Source: the human T2T-CHM13v2.0 reference genome, Homo sapiens | Assembly (NCBI RefSeq): GCF_009914755.1 | Contig: NC_060927.1 | DNA length: 64,000 nucleotides | Reading direction: 5' to 3' (one strand) | Shown here: positions 14,408 through 30,776 of the stretch, piece by piece | How the letters are laid out: every line of letters starts with the position of its first letter | How positions within the stretch are numbered: the first letter of the stretch is position 1 | Notes under the pieces: generated by a model | What the model saw: the letters and a program-made list of their open reading frames with translations, nothing else | The model's database searches: none | Told to the model about the DNA's origin: nothing | Made by a program: the position numbers and the translations under genes

Positions 14408-17078
14408 GAAGGAAGGAAATTTAAAAATTCATTGAAACAAATGATAATGGAAACATGACATACCAAAACCTATGAGATACAGTAAACACAGTACTAAAAG
14501 GGAAGTTTATAGCCATGAGTGCCTAAATTAAAAAAGAAGAAAAGTTTCAAATAAACAACCTAATGATACATTGTAAAGTACTAAAAAAGCAAGAGCAAAC
14601 AAAACTCAAACTCAACTGATTTTCTTTTACTCAAATTAGTAGAAAAAAATAAATATTGAAGATGTAGAGATGAGATAAATGAAATAGAAACATAAAATAC
14701 AAAATATCAACAAAACAATTTTTTTTGAAAAGCTAAAGAAAATTGACAAACCTTTAGCCAGATTAACTAAGAAAAAAAGAGATAAGACCCAATAAATAAA
14801 ATCAGAGATGAAAAAGGAGACATTACAATCAATACTACAGAAATTCAAAGGCTCATTAGTGGCTACCATGAGCAACTATATGCCAATAAATTGGAAAATC
14901 TAGAAGAAATGGATAAATTTCTAGACCGTACAACCTACCAAGATTGCACCACAAAGAAATCCACAACTTGAGCAGACCAATAACAAGTAACAAGATAAAA
15001 ACTATAATAAAAAGTCTCCCAGCAAAGAAAAACCAAGAACCTGATGGCTTCACTGCTGAATTCTATGAAACGTTTAAAGAATAGCTAATACCAGTTCTAC
15101 TGAAACTATTCCAAAAAATAGAAGTGGAGGGAATACTTTCAAACTCATTCTATGAGGCCAGTATTACTCTGGTACCAAAACCAGACAAACACACATCAAA
15201 AAAGGAAACTACAGGCCAGTATCTCTGATGAATACTGATGCAAAAATCCTCAACAAAATACTAGCAAATATAATTAAACAACACATTAACACGATGATTC
15301 ATTATGATCAAGTGGGTTTTATCCCAGGGATGCAGGATTGGTTCAGCATACACAAATCAATCAGTGTGGCATATCAAAAGAATGAAGGACAAAAACCATA
15401 TCATCATCTCAATTGATGCTAAAAATGAATTTGATAAAATTCAGCATCCCTTTATGATAAAAACCTCACAAAACTGGGTATAGAAGGAACATACCTCAAT
15501 ATAATAAAAACCACAGACACACAGCTGGTATGTATCATACTGAATGGGGAAAAACTGAAAGCCGTTTCTTTAAAATACGGAACATGACAAGGATGCCCAT
15601 TGTTATTCAACATAGTGCCAGCTAGCACAATTAGAGAAGAGAAGGAAATAAAGGGCATCCAAATTGGAAAGGAAGAAGTCAAATTATCCTTGTTTGCAGG
15701 TGGTATCATCTTATATTTAGAGAAACCTAAAGACTTCACCAAAAAGCTGTTAGAACTAATAATCAAATGCAGGAAAGTTGTAGGATACTAATCAACATAC
15801 AAACATCAGTGGGATATTTATATGCCAATAGTGGACAATGTGAAAAATAAATAAAACAGTAATACCATTTATATTAGCTGCATATAAAATAAAATACCTA
15901 GGAATTATCTCAACCAAAAAAGTGAAAATTTTTTACAATGAAAACTGTAAAACATTGATGCAAGAAATTGGAGGACAGAAAAAAATGGAGACATATTTCA
16001 TGTTTATGGATTGTAAGAATCAATATTGTTAAAATGTCCATACTACCCAAAGCAATCTACAGATTCAATGCAATCCCTATGAAAATACCAATGACATCCT
16101 TCACAGAAATAGAAAAAAAGAGTCCCAATATTTATATGTAACCACAAAAGGCTCAGAATAGCCAAAGCTATCCTAAGCAAAAGGAACAAAACTGAAGAAA
16201 TCACATTACCTGACTTCAAATTATACTATAGAGCTATAGTAACCAAAATGGTATGGTATTGGCATGAAAGCAGGCACACAGACCAGTGGAACAAATGGAG
16301 AATGCAGAAATAAATCCATACATCTACAATGAGCTCATTTTTAACAAAGGTGCCAACAACATACATTAGGAAAAGGACAGTCTACAATAAATGTTGCTGA
16401 GAAAACTGGATATCCATATGCAGAAGAAAAACTAGAACCCTATCTCTCGCCATAAATGAAAATCAAATAAAAATGGATTAAAGACTAAAATCTAAGACCT
16501 CAAACTATGAAACTACTACAAGAAAACTTTGGGGAAACTCACCAGGACATCAGTCTTGGCAAAAATTCCTTGAGTAATATACCCCACAAGCACAGGCAAC
16601 CAAAGCAAAAGTGGACAAATTGGATAACATCAAGTTAAAAAACTTCTGCACAACAAAGGAAACAATCAACAAAGTGAAGAGACAACCCACAGAATGGCAG
16701 TAAATATTTGCAAACTACCCATTTGACAAGGGACTAATAACCAGAATATATAAGAAGCTCAAACAGTTCTATAGGAAAAAAAAAACAAACTAATAATCTA
16801 ATAAAAAAATGGGCAAACGATTTGAATAGACATTTCTCAAAAGAAGACATACAAATGACAAACAGGCATATGAAAAGGTGCTCAACATCATTGATCACCA
16901 GAGAGGCAAATTAAAACTACAATGAGATATTATTTTACCCCAGTTAAAGTGGCTTATATCCAAAAGACAGGCGATAACAAATGCTGGTGAGGATGTAGAG
17001 AAAAGGGGATCCTTGTACAGCGTTGGTGGGAATATAAATTAGTACAACTACTATGGAGAACAGTTTGGAAGTTCATCA

Positions 17079-17477
<399 letters not shown>

Positions 17478-18480
17478 CTAATGTTTATTGTAGCACTGTT
17501 CACAGTGGCCAAGATTTGGAAGCAACCTAAGTATCTATCAGTATATGAATGGTTAAACAAAATGTGGAACACACCGTGGAATACTATTCAGCTATGAAGA
17601 AGAAGGAGATCCATTCATTTGCAACAACATGGATGGAACTGGAGGTCATTACGTTAAGTGAAATAAGCACAGAAAGATAAACTTTGCATTTTCTCACTTA
17701 TTTGTGGGAGCTAAAAATTAAAAGAGTTGAACTCATGGATATCAAGAGTACAAGGTTGGTTAACGGGCTGGGAAGGTTAATGGAGTGTCAGGGGGATGTG
17801 GAGATGTTTAATGAGTACAAAAAATAGAAAGAATGAATAAGACCTAGTATTTTCTAGCACAAAAGGGTGACTATAGTTAAAAATGATTTAATTTTACATT
17901 TAAAAATAACTAAAGAGTATAATTGGATTGTTTGTAACACAAAAGATAAATGCTAGAGGCGTTAGCTACCCCATTTACCCTGATCTAATTATTACACATT
18001 ACATGCCTGTATCAAGATACCTTATGTAACCCATAAGTATATACACCTACTATGTACCTACAAAAATTAAAAATTAATAAAAGAAAGATTGGCAAAGATG
18101 TCAAAACTCGGAACAGAAGTGTTCTGCAAGGTGTGGGGAAATATATTAAATATATTGCTTGTGGCATTGTAAACTTTGACCTCCTCATTCAAAAGTGATT
18201 TCACAATAACCTCCAAAATTTAAAATATACATACATTAAACCTGTAATTTTATGTCTTGGAACTTATCTTTCAGTATACTTTCAAGTGGGCAAAATGACA
18301 TATGGACAAAATGTTTTTATTTCAGCATTGCTTCCAACAGCGTATTAGGAACAACCTAAGTGTCCATCAGTTGAGCATTGTCAAATAAATAGGGGTACAT
18401 ATATGCCACATATGTGGATATACATACATCTGTTTTCTCATTCTTTCAGTTCTCTCATCCATATTTCTTGCCTTTAAATA

Positions 18481-18482
<2 letters not shown>

Positions 18483-18535
<53 letters not shown>

Positions 18536-18552
18536 CGCGCGCGCACATGCGC
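18483..18552. repeat. Compound (GT)~21(GC)~9 microsatellite
   Basis: Seen directly. Confidence 0.95.
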
Positions 18553-18705
18553 ATTTGTGTATGTGTATATGTAATTCCTAAAGTTTATCTGCAGGTAAGT
18601 TTTCTGTCCTGAATTTTCATATCCAACTGCTACTTGACATCTCCACCTCGATGTCATAATTATCTTCCTCTTGGGTATTGAGAAGTCTCATGTCAGTATG
18701 TCTGA

Positions 18706-19039
<334 letters not shown>

Positions 19040-19925
19040 CCCAAACTCTTGATCTTCCAACAAATCTTTCTTTCTTGACAGACTCTTCATCTCAGTAGAG
19101 AGCAAATTCCATCCTTTTGCCCGCTGAGTTTGAAAGTCCTAGAGTAATCCTCCATTTCTCCCAAAACCAGTTTTCAAGTGGTCAGGACGTGCTTTTTGCT
19201 CTATCATCAAATTATGTCCAGAATCCTAACACTTTTTACTACAGTAACTGTTACTGCCCTGGTCCACACTGCCATCATTTCTTGCATAAATTATTGCAAT
19301 AGCCTCCTAATTGTCCTACTTCTATACTTGCCTCTGTATAGCCTTTCCTCATCAAAGCAATGAGAATGATTTCTTTAAAAACAGGAATTCAAATCAAATA
19401 TTACTTTTATGCTCAGAACTCTGCCATGGTGCCATTTTCACTCAAAGTAGTAGCCAAAGACCCTACAATGGCTTGCAAAGGCCTTGATGATGTGGCCCTT
19501 GTTAATTTTCTGAAATCATTTCCTATTACTCTCTCTCTTCATCGTTTAGACTCAGCTACACTGGATTCTTTGATGCTTCTTTAATATACATGTACTCTCC
19601 CACATTAGAGGATTTTTTTCTCTGCCTGGAGTATGCTTTCCATGGATTTATATATGGCTAACTTCCTGCCCTCCTTCAGGGAGATCATGGCCTAAATTCA
19701 CCTTTTTGATGAGAGTTACCTTGACCACTCATTACCCACCCCTCAGCACTCATGATCACCCTGACTTTGCCTTACATTTTATTACAGAGCACTTATCACC
19801 TCTTACACTATAGCCTTATGTTTTATGCTTGTTATATATTGTCTCTTCTCATAGGCTACAATGTAAGCTTTGTCTGTTTTCTTCAATGATAGATCCTGAG
19901 AGTCTGGAATATGTTGAATCAATAA
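19040..19925. mobile_element. L2 LINE remnant
   Basis: Typical L2 motifs (ATTATTGCAATAGCCTCCTAATTG, AGCACTTATCACC, terminal TGTTGAATCAATAAAT). Confidence 0.65.
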
Positions 19926-20282
19926 ATTCAATCTGCAAGAAAATTTAAAAAATCAATTATATATAACTATTCATAACATTCATTATATATTTATATGTTG
20001 TAGAAATATATAATATTATATAAATTGTATAGTTCTATAAATATATAATATCTCTGGAAGACTGTAAAAGAAACTAGTAATAGTAATTTTGGGAGAAGTA
20101 GTACCTGGGATGGGAAAGAAGGCACATTCTATATTGTGAGAATTTGCACCTTATCCCTTCTTCAATTAAAAAAAAGTAATTTAAAAATGCAAAGCACAGT
20201 TGAGCCTAATTTGGAAATTAAAATTCCTCTTAAAATAGATCCTTAGTTTTTTGAGTTCCTTAGGAGGTTTTAATTTGTAGTA

Positions 20283-20296
20283 CCACTAGGTGGCAC
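20283..20296 (+). promoter_or_regulatory. Candidate CTCF core motif CCACTAGGTGGCAC
   Basis: Close match to CCAC(C/T)AG(A/G)(G/T)GGC(A/G)C in non-repeat sequence; motif only, binding not shown. Confidence 0.5.
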
Positions 20297-20447
20297 ATGC
20301 CTACTGATAAGTTCAAAGACTCCCAGACACAAGTGTTAAAACAAACCTTTTCAGTTCCCCTAAGTCATCAAAGTTTATTTTAGCTATATGGCACTGATTT
20401 TTCTCAAGAATTTTCTTTAATTATTTTCTTATACTATTTCTGTAGGG

Positions 20448-20923
20448 CAGCAGTCTCCAACCTTTTTGGTACCAGGGACCAGTTTCATGGAAGACAATTT
20501 TTCCATGGACTGGGGGAAGGAAAGGGGATGGTTTTGGGATGATTCAAGCACATTACATTTATTGTGCACTTTATTTCTATTATTATTACATTGTAATATA
20601 TAATGAAATAGTTATATAACTCACCATAATGTAGAATCGGTGAAAGCACTGAGCTTGTTTTCCCGCAACTAGAGGGTCCCATCTGGGGGTGATGGGAGAC
20701 AGTGACAGATCATCAGGCATTAGATTCTTATAAGGAGCACACAACCTAGATCTCTCCCACGTGCAGTTCACAATAGGGTTCATGTTCCTATGAGAGTCTA
20801 ATGCCACAGCTGACGTGACAGGAGGTGGAGCTCAGGCAGTAATGCTTGTTCATCCCCCACTCACCTCTTGCTGTGCCGCCCAGTTCCTAACCGGTCATGG
20901 ACTAGTACTGGTCTGACCCTCTG
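20448..20923 (+). mobile_element. MER1A-like hAT-Charlie non-autonomous DNA transposon
   Basis: Starts CAGCAGTCTCCAACCTTTTTGG, ends GACCCTCTG; 8-bp TSD CTGTAGGG/CTTTAGGG. Confidence 0.85.
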
Positions 20924-22073
20924 CTTTAGGGAATATTATAGCAACTGTTCCTACACTATTCCTATATACAGAATAGTGTAGGAACTGTTTAGTGCTATAA
21001 GCTTTAAAGTGATTTTTCACCATAATTTCTAATTTAATATTATAACATTTGACTTGCAGAAATGTCTAAAATCTGTGAAGGCTAGCTTAGACATCCTTAA
21101 AATAATTTAAAATTTCCAATATTTAGTGAATTGTATCTGCCTCTTTTCATCTGTTTCCTATGAAATAACTTACTTAATGAATGAAATTCATAGATTATGT
21201 GTCCAAAAGTAGAGTTTTGTTTGATCCTATTGTTTCACTGCTTTTATGTCAAGTTAATCAGTGCCCAGGACCAAATGCAATTTATCAGCCTCTTTCTGAA
21301 TACTTTGTATAATATACCATGAGGTATAGGCAAATGGGTACTGTGGAGGATGCAAAGATAAAATATTATGTATTGCCTCCATCTTCATGGACCTTTCATT
21401 TTATGGGTAGTGATGTCATGAACACAAATAACTGTAATAGAAGTCAGAAAGTGGTAAATCAATAAATGAAAGTATTTATGTGTAGTGGGAGCACAGAGTT
21501 GATATTAATTTGGGGACTCTAAGAATATGGTGACATTTGAGAAGAGCTTTAAATATATAGTTTCATTCTCTGAATTAATTCAATATGGGTCTTATATAGA
21601 TTTACACTTCTGTGTAAAGGGTGAATTATCTTATACATCTGAGAGAAAAATATAATCTTTATAGATAGGTGTTAATTATAGGTTAATAAAATAAATAGCC
21701 ATATTCCTTTTGCTGGTATTCAAAATGAAAATGATGGCATGCATTTTATAAATATAACATTTAAAAACATTATAAAAATCCTTTTTGCTGAGTTTTAAAA
21801 TAACACTGAAAACATTATTGGACTAGGTCAATTTAACATTTATTTTTGACCCAGATATTTTTTCATTTTGTTTTTCTTCTTAAAATATATTTTTTGAAAA
21901 TTAAATATGCATTTAGAAAATGTGCTGTATCCAAGTAAAATAACTTACTGAGTTCTTATTATGCCATGAAACTATAATCTATTATTTTATTTCATACTCA
22001 TGAAACCTTATGATGTATGTAGTGTTATCATTCACAGTTTTTAGATAAAGAAACTAGGGCACAGAAGGTTTAA

Positions 22074-22322
<249 letters not shown>

Positions 22323-22711
22323 TAATAAGAAACTTGATTTTCAATTTGTACCACTTTAGTATAATTGCTATGTTTTTTAAAAGGAAATCAACATTATTCT
22401 TATTAAATCTATTAATATTAACTACTTTGTGACGCTGAGGGCCTTTTTGTAAGTTCCTAAGTGTGAGATGAATAACATTATCATGATTATCTTAGTGAAC
22501 CAAACATCTGACCCTTTGACTATTAACTTGCAAAATTTTCACAATTTTGCCGAATTCTAAAATAATATTAAAATAATAATTAGATACGAAAGTCTAAGAA
22601 ATATGTTATACAATGCTCCAAATTAGATTTTGTTCCAGCTTAATAAGTGGATTTTAAAACAAAGTTATATATTTAAAAATGAATTTTTTTCTTTTTTCTG
22701 TATTTATATAG

Positions 22712-22829
22712 CCAGAAAAGTGTAAGAATAAAAAGAAGTGGTATAAAAGTGCACTACAAGAAGCATGTCTACTCTATGGATATTCTCATGAGCAAAGACT
22801 GGAAATGTGCTGCCTATCAAAACAACAAG
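22712..22829 (+). CDS. ZCWPW2: ZCWPW2 internal coding exon (118 nt, phase 0->1), PEKCKNKKKWYKSALQEACLLYGYSHEQRLEMCCLSKQQ
   Basis: Pyrimidine tract + TAG acceptor ending 22711; AAG|GTGTAT donor; open frame; peptide matches my recollection of ZCWPW2 just after the PWWP core; joins in frame with the next exon (G|AT = Asp). Confidence 0.93.
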
Positions 22830-23415
22830 GTGTATAAATATTTTTTCTTTATTACTCTGAAATAAGGATTTATTCAAATGCATGTTTTCCAAAATATGTT
22901 TGCTCATTCAAAAATCTCTATCTCTTTCTCTTCATAGGGAAATAGTATATCATTGTTTATTTGAAAATTATTTTTATATCAACGAATAGCATATATTTTG
23001 TCCCCTAAAACAATTTTCAATGACTAAACATACACTCTTTTTAAATGCAGGAGTTCTTGTTAGCACTTTTGTTATCTATCTTCTTTACCGTTAGACTGTC
23101 TACATAGATGCCCTTGTGTATTTCAAAGGCATATATTTCACAATGGGAACCATAGCTTTAAATATATTCCTGGCATTAAAATTTCACTTGGATATGCTGT
23201 ATTATTACAGAACAAAGTATTTTCAAAATATTGCATTTTGAAATAAGTTCAGGGCAGGAATAGAAGAAAAACTTCAACTTTAAAAAAAAACTAGGTGAAA
23301 AATTGTGATAATATTTTAGGTTATTTTCAAAGAAAGTTCTATTGAATTCTCAATACTATGGTATATAGTTAGCTTTTTAAGTGAAACCATTTGAAAGATT
23401 ATAGTAGGTTTGACA

Positions 23416-25083
<1,668 letters not shown>

Positions 25084-25137
25084 ATATGACACATTTTTAA
25101 CTCTAAAAAGGAAATGATTGCCACATAAAATGATAAC

Positions 25138-25422
25138 TTTTATTTATTTATTTTTTTAGATGGAGTCTCGCTCTGTTGCCCAGGCTGGAGTGCAGTGGCG
25201 CGATCTTGGCTCACCGCAACCTCCGCCTCCTGGGTTCTAGTAATTCTCCTGCCTCAGCCTTCTGAGTAGCTGGGATTACAGGTGCCCGCCACCACGCCCA
25301 GCTAATTTTTGTATTTTAGTAGAGACGAGGTTTCACCATATTGGCCAGACTGGTCTCCAACTCCTGACCTCAGGTGATCCACCCACCTCAGCCTCCCAAA
25401 GTGCTGGGATCACAGGTGTGAG
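25138..25422 (-). mobile_element. Alu (AluSx-like)
   Basis: Reverse-complement dimer. Confidence 0.9.
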
Positions 25423-28400
25423 ATAGTTTTTATTAAACTTAAATATGTTTAAATTGTTTTCTGCTTAGTGATTATAATCATTTTATATTTTACAAGCCCC
25501 TTTTTGTCTTTATTACTTTAAGTTCTAAACAGATTACTCTATGGATAGAAGGATCCGGACTTTGATGCTGACTGAATTTTCAAGTAGCAATGATTTTTTT
25601 TTTCTCCTTTGGAAAACTTTATATTTACAAAAAATGTATATGTGAAAAGATTTTATTTGAGAAAAAATTTAAATTTCAACCCAACCACCTAAGTTTAGGA
25701 TTTAAAGCAAATAAGTAGGTTTGAAAAGAGTGGAAAATGAATGACAAGTTCACAGAAGATTGAGTGGAAAGTACAGAGAGTTCCCATATATCTCCTCCTC
25801 ACAATCCCTAAACACACAACCTCCCCGACTGTCAACATCCCATACCATGACATCTATTTGTTACAATTCATGAACCTACACTGACACGTCATTGTCACCC
25901 AAAGTCCTTAGTTTACATTAGGGTTTACTCTTGCTGTTATGCATTCTGTGTGTCTGGAGAAATGTATAATGACCTGTATCCACCATTATAGTATCATATA
26001 GAGTAGTTTCACTGCTCTAAAAATCCTTTGTGTTCCAGCTGTTTGTTTCTACCTCCCCCTTATTCCCTGGCAACTACTGATTTTTGTTATCTGTCTCCAT
26101 AGTTTTGGCTTTTCCAGAATGTCATATGGTTAGAATCATATGATATGTCACCCTTTCAGATTGGTTTCTTTCTCTTAGTAATATGCATTTAAGTTTCTTC
26201 CGTGTATTTGCATGGCTTGATAGATCTTTTTTAAATTAGTGCTGAATAATACCCATTGTCTGTATGTGCCGTGATTTTTTAAAATCATTCACCTATGAAA
26301 GGACATCTTGGTTGCTTTTAAATTTTGGCAACTATGAATAAAGCTGCTGTAAACATATATGTGCAGGTTTTTGTCTGGACAGATGTTTTCAACTTCTTTT
26401 GATAAATACCAAGGAACACAATTGCTGATCATATGGTGAGATATGTTCAAATTTTAAAGAAACTACCAAACTGTCTTCCAAAATGACTGCACCATTTTGC
26501 ATTCCCACCAGCAATGAATGAGAGTTCCTGTTGCTCCACATCCTCATCAATATTTGGTGGTGTCAGTGTTTTGGGTTTTGGCCACTCTAGTAGGTGTGTA
26601 GTGGCACCTCATAAGTGTTTTAATTTACAATTTCCTAATGACATATGATGTTGAACATCCTTTCATATACTTATTTGCCACCTTTCTATCTTCTTTGGTG
26701 AGTTGTTTTCTGAGATATTTTGCTCATTTTTCAATCGGATTGTTCATTTTTTTGCTGCAGAGGTTTTAAGAGTTCTTTGTATATTTTAGATGTCGCTCTT
26801 TTATAGGTCTTCTGCAAATACTTGCTCCCAATATGTGGCTTATCTTTTCTATTCTCTTGACAGAATCTTTGGCAGAGCAGACATTTTAAATTTTAATGAA
26901 GTCTAGTTTATCAATTATTTCTTTCATGGACCTTGCCTTTGGTGTTGTATCTAAATGTTATTGCCATACATGAGGTCATCTAGGTTTTCTCTTTTATCTT
27001 CTAGGAGTTTTATAATTTTGCATTTCGCCCTATGATTCATTGTGAGTTCCTTTTTGTGAAAGGTGTAAGATCAGTGTCTAAATTTACTTTTTGTGTGTGT
27101 GGATGTCCAGTTGTTCCTGCACCACTGGTTGAAAAGACTGTCTACTCCATTGTATCACCTTTGCTCCTTTATCAATTATCTATTGACTATATTTATGTGG
27201 GTCTATTTCTGGGTTCTTTATTCTGTTCTGTTGATCTATTTGTCTGTTCTTTTGCCAATACCACACTGTATTGATTACTGCAGTTTCATAGTAAGTCTTC
27301 AAGTTGGGTAGTGTCAGTTCTCCAGCATTGTTCTTCTCCTTCCATATTGGGTTGGCTATTCTGGGTCTTTGCCTTTCCATAAAAATTTTAGAATCAGTTT
27401 GTTGATTTCACAAAATAACTTGCTAGCATTTTTATTGGGATTATATTGAATTTATATATCAAGTTGGGAAGAACTGACATCTTGACCATATTGAGTCTTC
27501 TTATCCATGAATGTGGAATATCTTCAAGTTTATTTAGTTCTTTTTTGATTTATTTTATCAGAGTTTGGTAGTTTTTCTCATTTAGATCTTGTATTTCTTT
27601 TTAGATTTATGCTTGACTAATTCACTTTGAGGTTTGCCAATGTAAATTCTAATGTGTTTTCATTTCAAATTCTACTTGTTTGGTACTAGTATGTCAGAAA
27701 TCTATTTATTTTTGGATATTAACCTTGTATCCTGCAACCTTGCTATAATCTATTATTAATTACAGGGTTTTTTTGGTCTATTCTTTTGGATTTACTACAT
27801 AGACAATCATATCATGTGCAGCGAGAGTTTTATTTCTTCTTTCCAAATGTGTATATCTTTTATTTTCATTTATTGTCTTACTGCGTTATCTAGGCATTCC
27901 AGTACAATATTGAGAAGAGTGGTGAGGGAGAAAACCCTTGACTTGTTCTTCATCTTAGCATGACAGCTTCTAGTTTGTTACCATTAAATATGATACTAGC
28001 TTTAGATATTTTGTAAATGCTCTTTATGAAGCTGAGGAAGTTCCCGTCCTCCTTGTTTCCTGAGGTTTTTTTTTTTCATACGCTTTTCTGTGATCTGCTT
28101 ACATGGTCATGTGATTTTTCTTCTTTATGCTGTTGATGTGATTGATTGATTACATTAATTGGTTTCCAATTTTTGAACTACCTTGCATTGAATGAGTTAG
28201 GAAGTACTTTCTCTGCTTATATCTTCTGGAAAAGGTTACGGAGAATTGGCATAATTTCTTCCTATATGTTTGATAGCATTCACCAGTGAACCCATCTGGG
28301 CTTGCTGCTTTTTGTTTGGGAAGGTTATTATATTGATTCAATTTCTTTAATAATTGTAGGCCTATTCAGATTGCCTGTTTCTTTTTGCGAAAATTTTAGC

Positions 28401-28549
28401 AGAGTGTCTCTTTCAAGAAATTGATCCATTTCATCTAGGTTATAAAATTTGTGGGCATAGAGTTGTTCATAATGTTCCTTTATTTTCTTTTAATGTCCAT
28501 GGGATTTGTTATAATGTCTACCTCTTTCATTTCTAATATTAGTAATTTG

Positions 28550-28718
28550 TGCCTGCCTGCCTCTCTCCCTTTCCTCCTTCCTTCCTGTCTCCCTCCCTCC
28601 CTTCTTCCCTTCCTTTCTTCCTTCTTTCCTTCCTTCCTGCCTGCCTTCCTGCCTGCCTTCCTGTCTTCCTTCTGTCCTGTCTTCCTTCCTTCTTGCCTGC
28701 CTGCCTGCCTTCCTCTCT
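28550..28718 (+). repeat. Pyrimidine-rich (CCTT/CCTG)n tract
   Basis: Seen directly. Confidence 0.9.
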
Positions 28719-29736
28719 AGAGTCTCAATTTTACTGATCTTTCAAAGAGCTAGCTTATGGTTGTATTGATTTTTCTCTGTCTACTGTCTTCAATTTCATT
28801 GATTTCTGCTCTTTTATTTTTTTTCTTCTGCTTACTTTGGATTTAGCCTGTTCTTTTTCTTCTAGTTTCCAAAGTAAAAGCTTAGATTATTGATTTTAGA
28901 GCTTTTTTCTTTTCTAATAGATGAATTCAATGCTATAAATTTTCCTCTGAACATTGCTTTTGCTGCATCCCATGATTGATAAGTTGCACTTTCATTTTCA
29001 TTGAGTTCAAAATATTTTAAAATTTTTCTTGAGTTTTTTTTTTTTCTTTGATCTATGTGTTACTTAGAAGTGTGTTCCTTAATCTCCAAGTATTTTGGAT
29101 TTCCACCTATCTCTCTGTTACCAGTTTCTGGCTTAATTCCATTTTGGTCTGTGAGAGGACATTGTATTATATCTATTCTTTTAAATGTGTTAAGGTATTT
29201 TTTATGGCCCAGGATGTGGTCTTTTTTTCTGAGTGTTTCATGTGGGCATAAGAAGGATGTGTATTCTGCTGTTGTTGGATGAAGTAGATTACAGATGTCA
29301 AATATATCCAGTTGATTGATGGTGCTTTTGAGTGCAACTGTGTCTTTTTGCTGGATTTGTTCATTTCTGATAGAGGGCTGTTGAAGCCTCTAGCTATAAT
29401 AGTAGATTTATTTATTTCTCTCTGCAGTTCCATCAGTTTTTGCCTCTCATATTTTGATGCTCTGTTGTTAGGTGCATGTACATTAAAGGTTGCAAGTCTT
29501 CTTGGAGTATTGACCTCTTTATTATTATGTATGACCCTCTTTATTCTTGATAACTAAACTTGCTCTGAAGTCTGCTCTGTTTCAAATTAATATAACTCCT
29601 CCTACTTCCTTTTCATTAGGGTTAGCATGATATATTTTTTCTTTTAATTCATCCATCTAGGCCATTAATGTTTAAAATGATTATTTTTAATATCATGGAT
29701 TAATAGTTGTCATATTTGTTATTATTTTCTATTTAT

Positions 29737-30010
29737 TGCCCTTTTTCTTTGTTACTGTTTTTGTCTTTCACTCTTTTTCTGTCTTTGTGATTTTTAGATT
29801 TTATATAATTCCATTTTCTTCCCTCTTGACATATCAATTATCAATTATACTTTTTTAAAACTTTTTAAAGTGGTGCCCTTTTTCTTTGTTACTGTTTTTG
29901 TCTTTCACTCTTTTTCTGTCTTTGTGATTTTGAGATTTTAAATAATTCCATTTTCTTCCCTCTTAGCATACCAATTATCAGTTATACTTTTTTAAAAACT
30001 TTTTGGTGGT
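29737..30010 (+). repeat. 137-bp tandem duplication (2 copies)
   Basis: Copies start at 29737 and 29874; TGCCCT at 29737, 29874 and 30011. Confidence 0.9.
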
Positions 30011-30488
30011 TGCCCTAGAGTTTGCAATATACATTTACAACTAATTCAAATCCCACTTACAAATAATTATCCTGTTTCAGGAATAGTACAAATATCTTAT
30101 AATGACAGACTATGCCTTCTCATCCCTGGTATCATTGCTATCATTCATTTTACTTATATATAAGCATATATGCACACACACACATAAGATGTATGCATAA
30201 GTATACATAATTAAGTGTATCATGATTATTTTAAACAAACATCTATTAGATCAATTAAGAATAAGAAAAGTAAAAAGTTTTTACTTTACCTTTACTTATT
30301 CAGTTTTCAGTGCTCTTGTTGTCTTTGTGTAGATCTGAATTTCTAACCTATATTATTTTTCTTCTCTTGGAAGAACTTCTTTTAGTGTTTCTTGGAAGGT
30401 AGTTCTATTGGCAACAAATGCCTCCATTTCTTTTTCTTTGCCTGGGAAAGTCTTTATTTCTCCTTCACTTTTGAAAAATAGTTTCACA

Positions 30489-30776
30489 GGCCATGCACTG
30501 TGGCTCAGGCCTGCAATCCCAGCACTTTGGGAGGCTGAGACAAGAGGATCACTTGAGCCCAGAGTTGGAGACCAGCCTGGGCAACACGGTGAGATTCCGT
30601 CTCTATAAAAAATTCAAAAATTAGCCAGGTATTCATCTGTAGTCCCAGCTATGCAGGAGACTGAGTGGGAGGATCGCTTGAGCCTGGGAGGTCGAGGCTG
30701 CAGTGAGCCATGATTGTGCTACTGCACTCTGACCTGAGTACAGAGTGAGACCCTATTTCAAAAGAAAAAAAAAAAA
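30489..30776 (+). mobile_element. Alu (AluJ-like)
   Basis: GGATCACTTGAGCCC and GAGGTCGAGGCTGCAGTGAGCC AluJ diagnostics. Confidence 0.88.
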
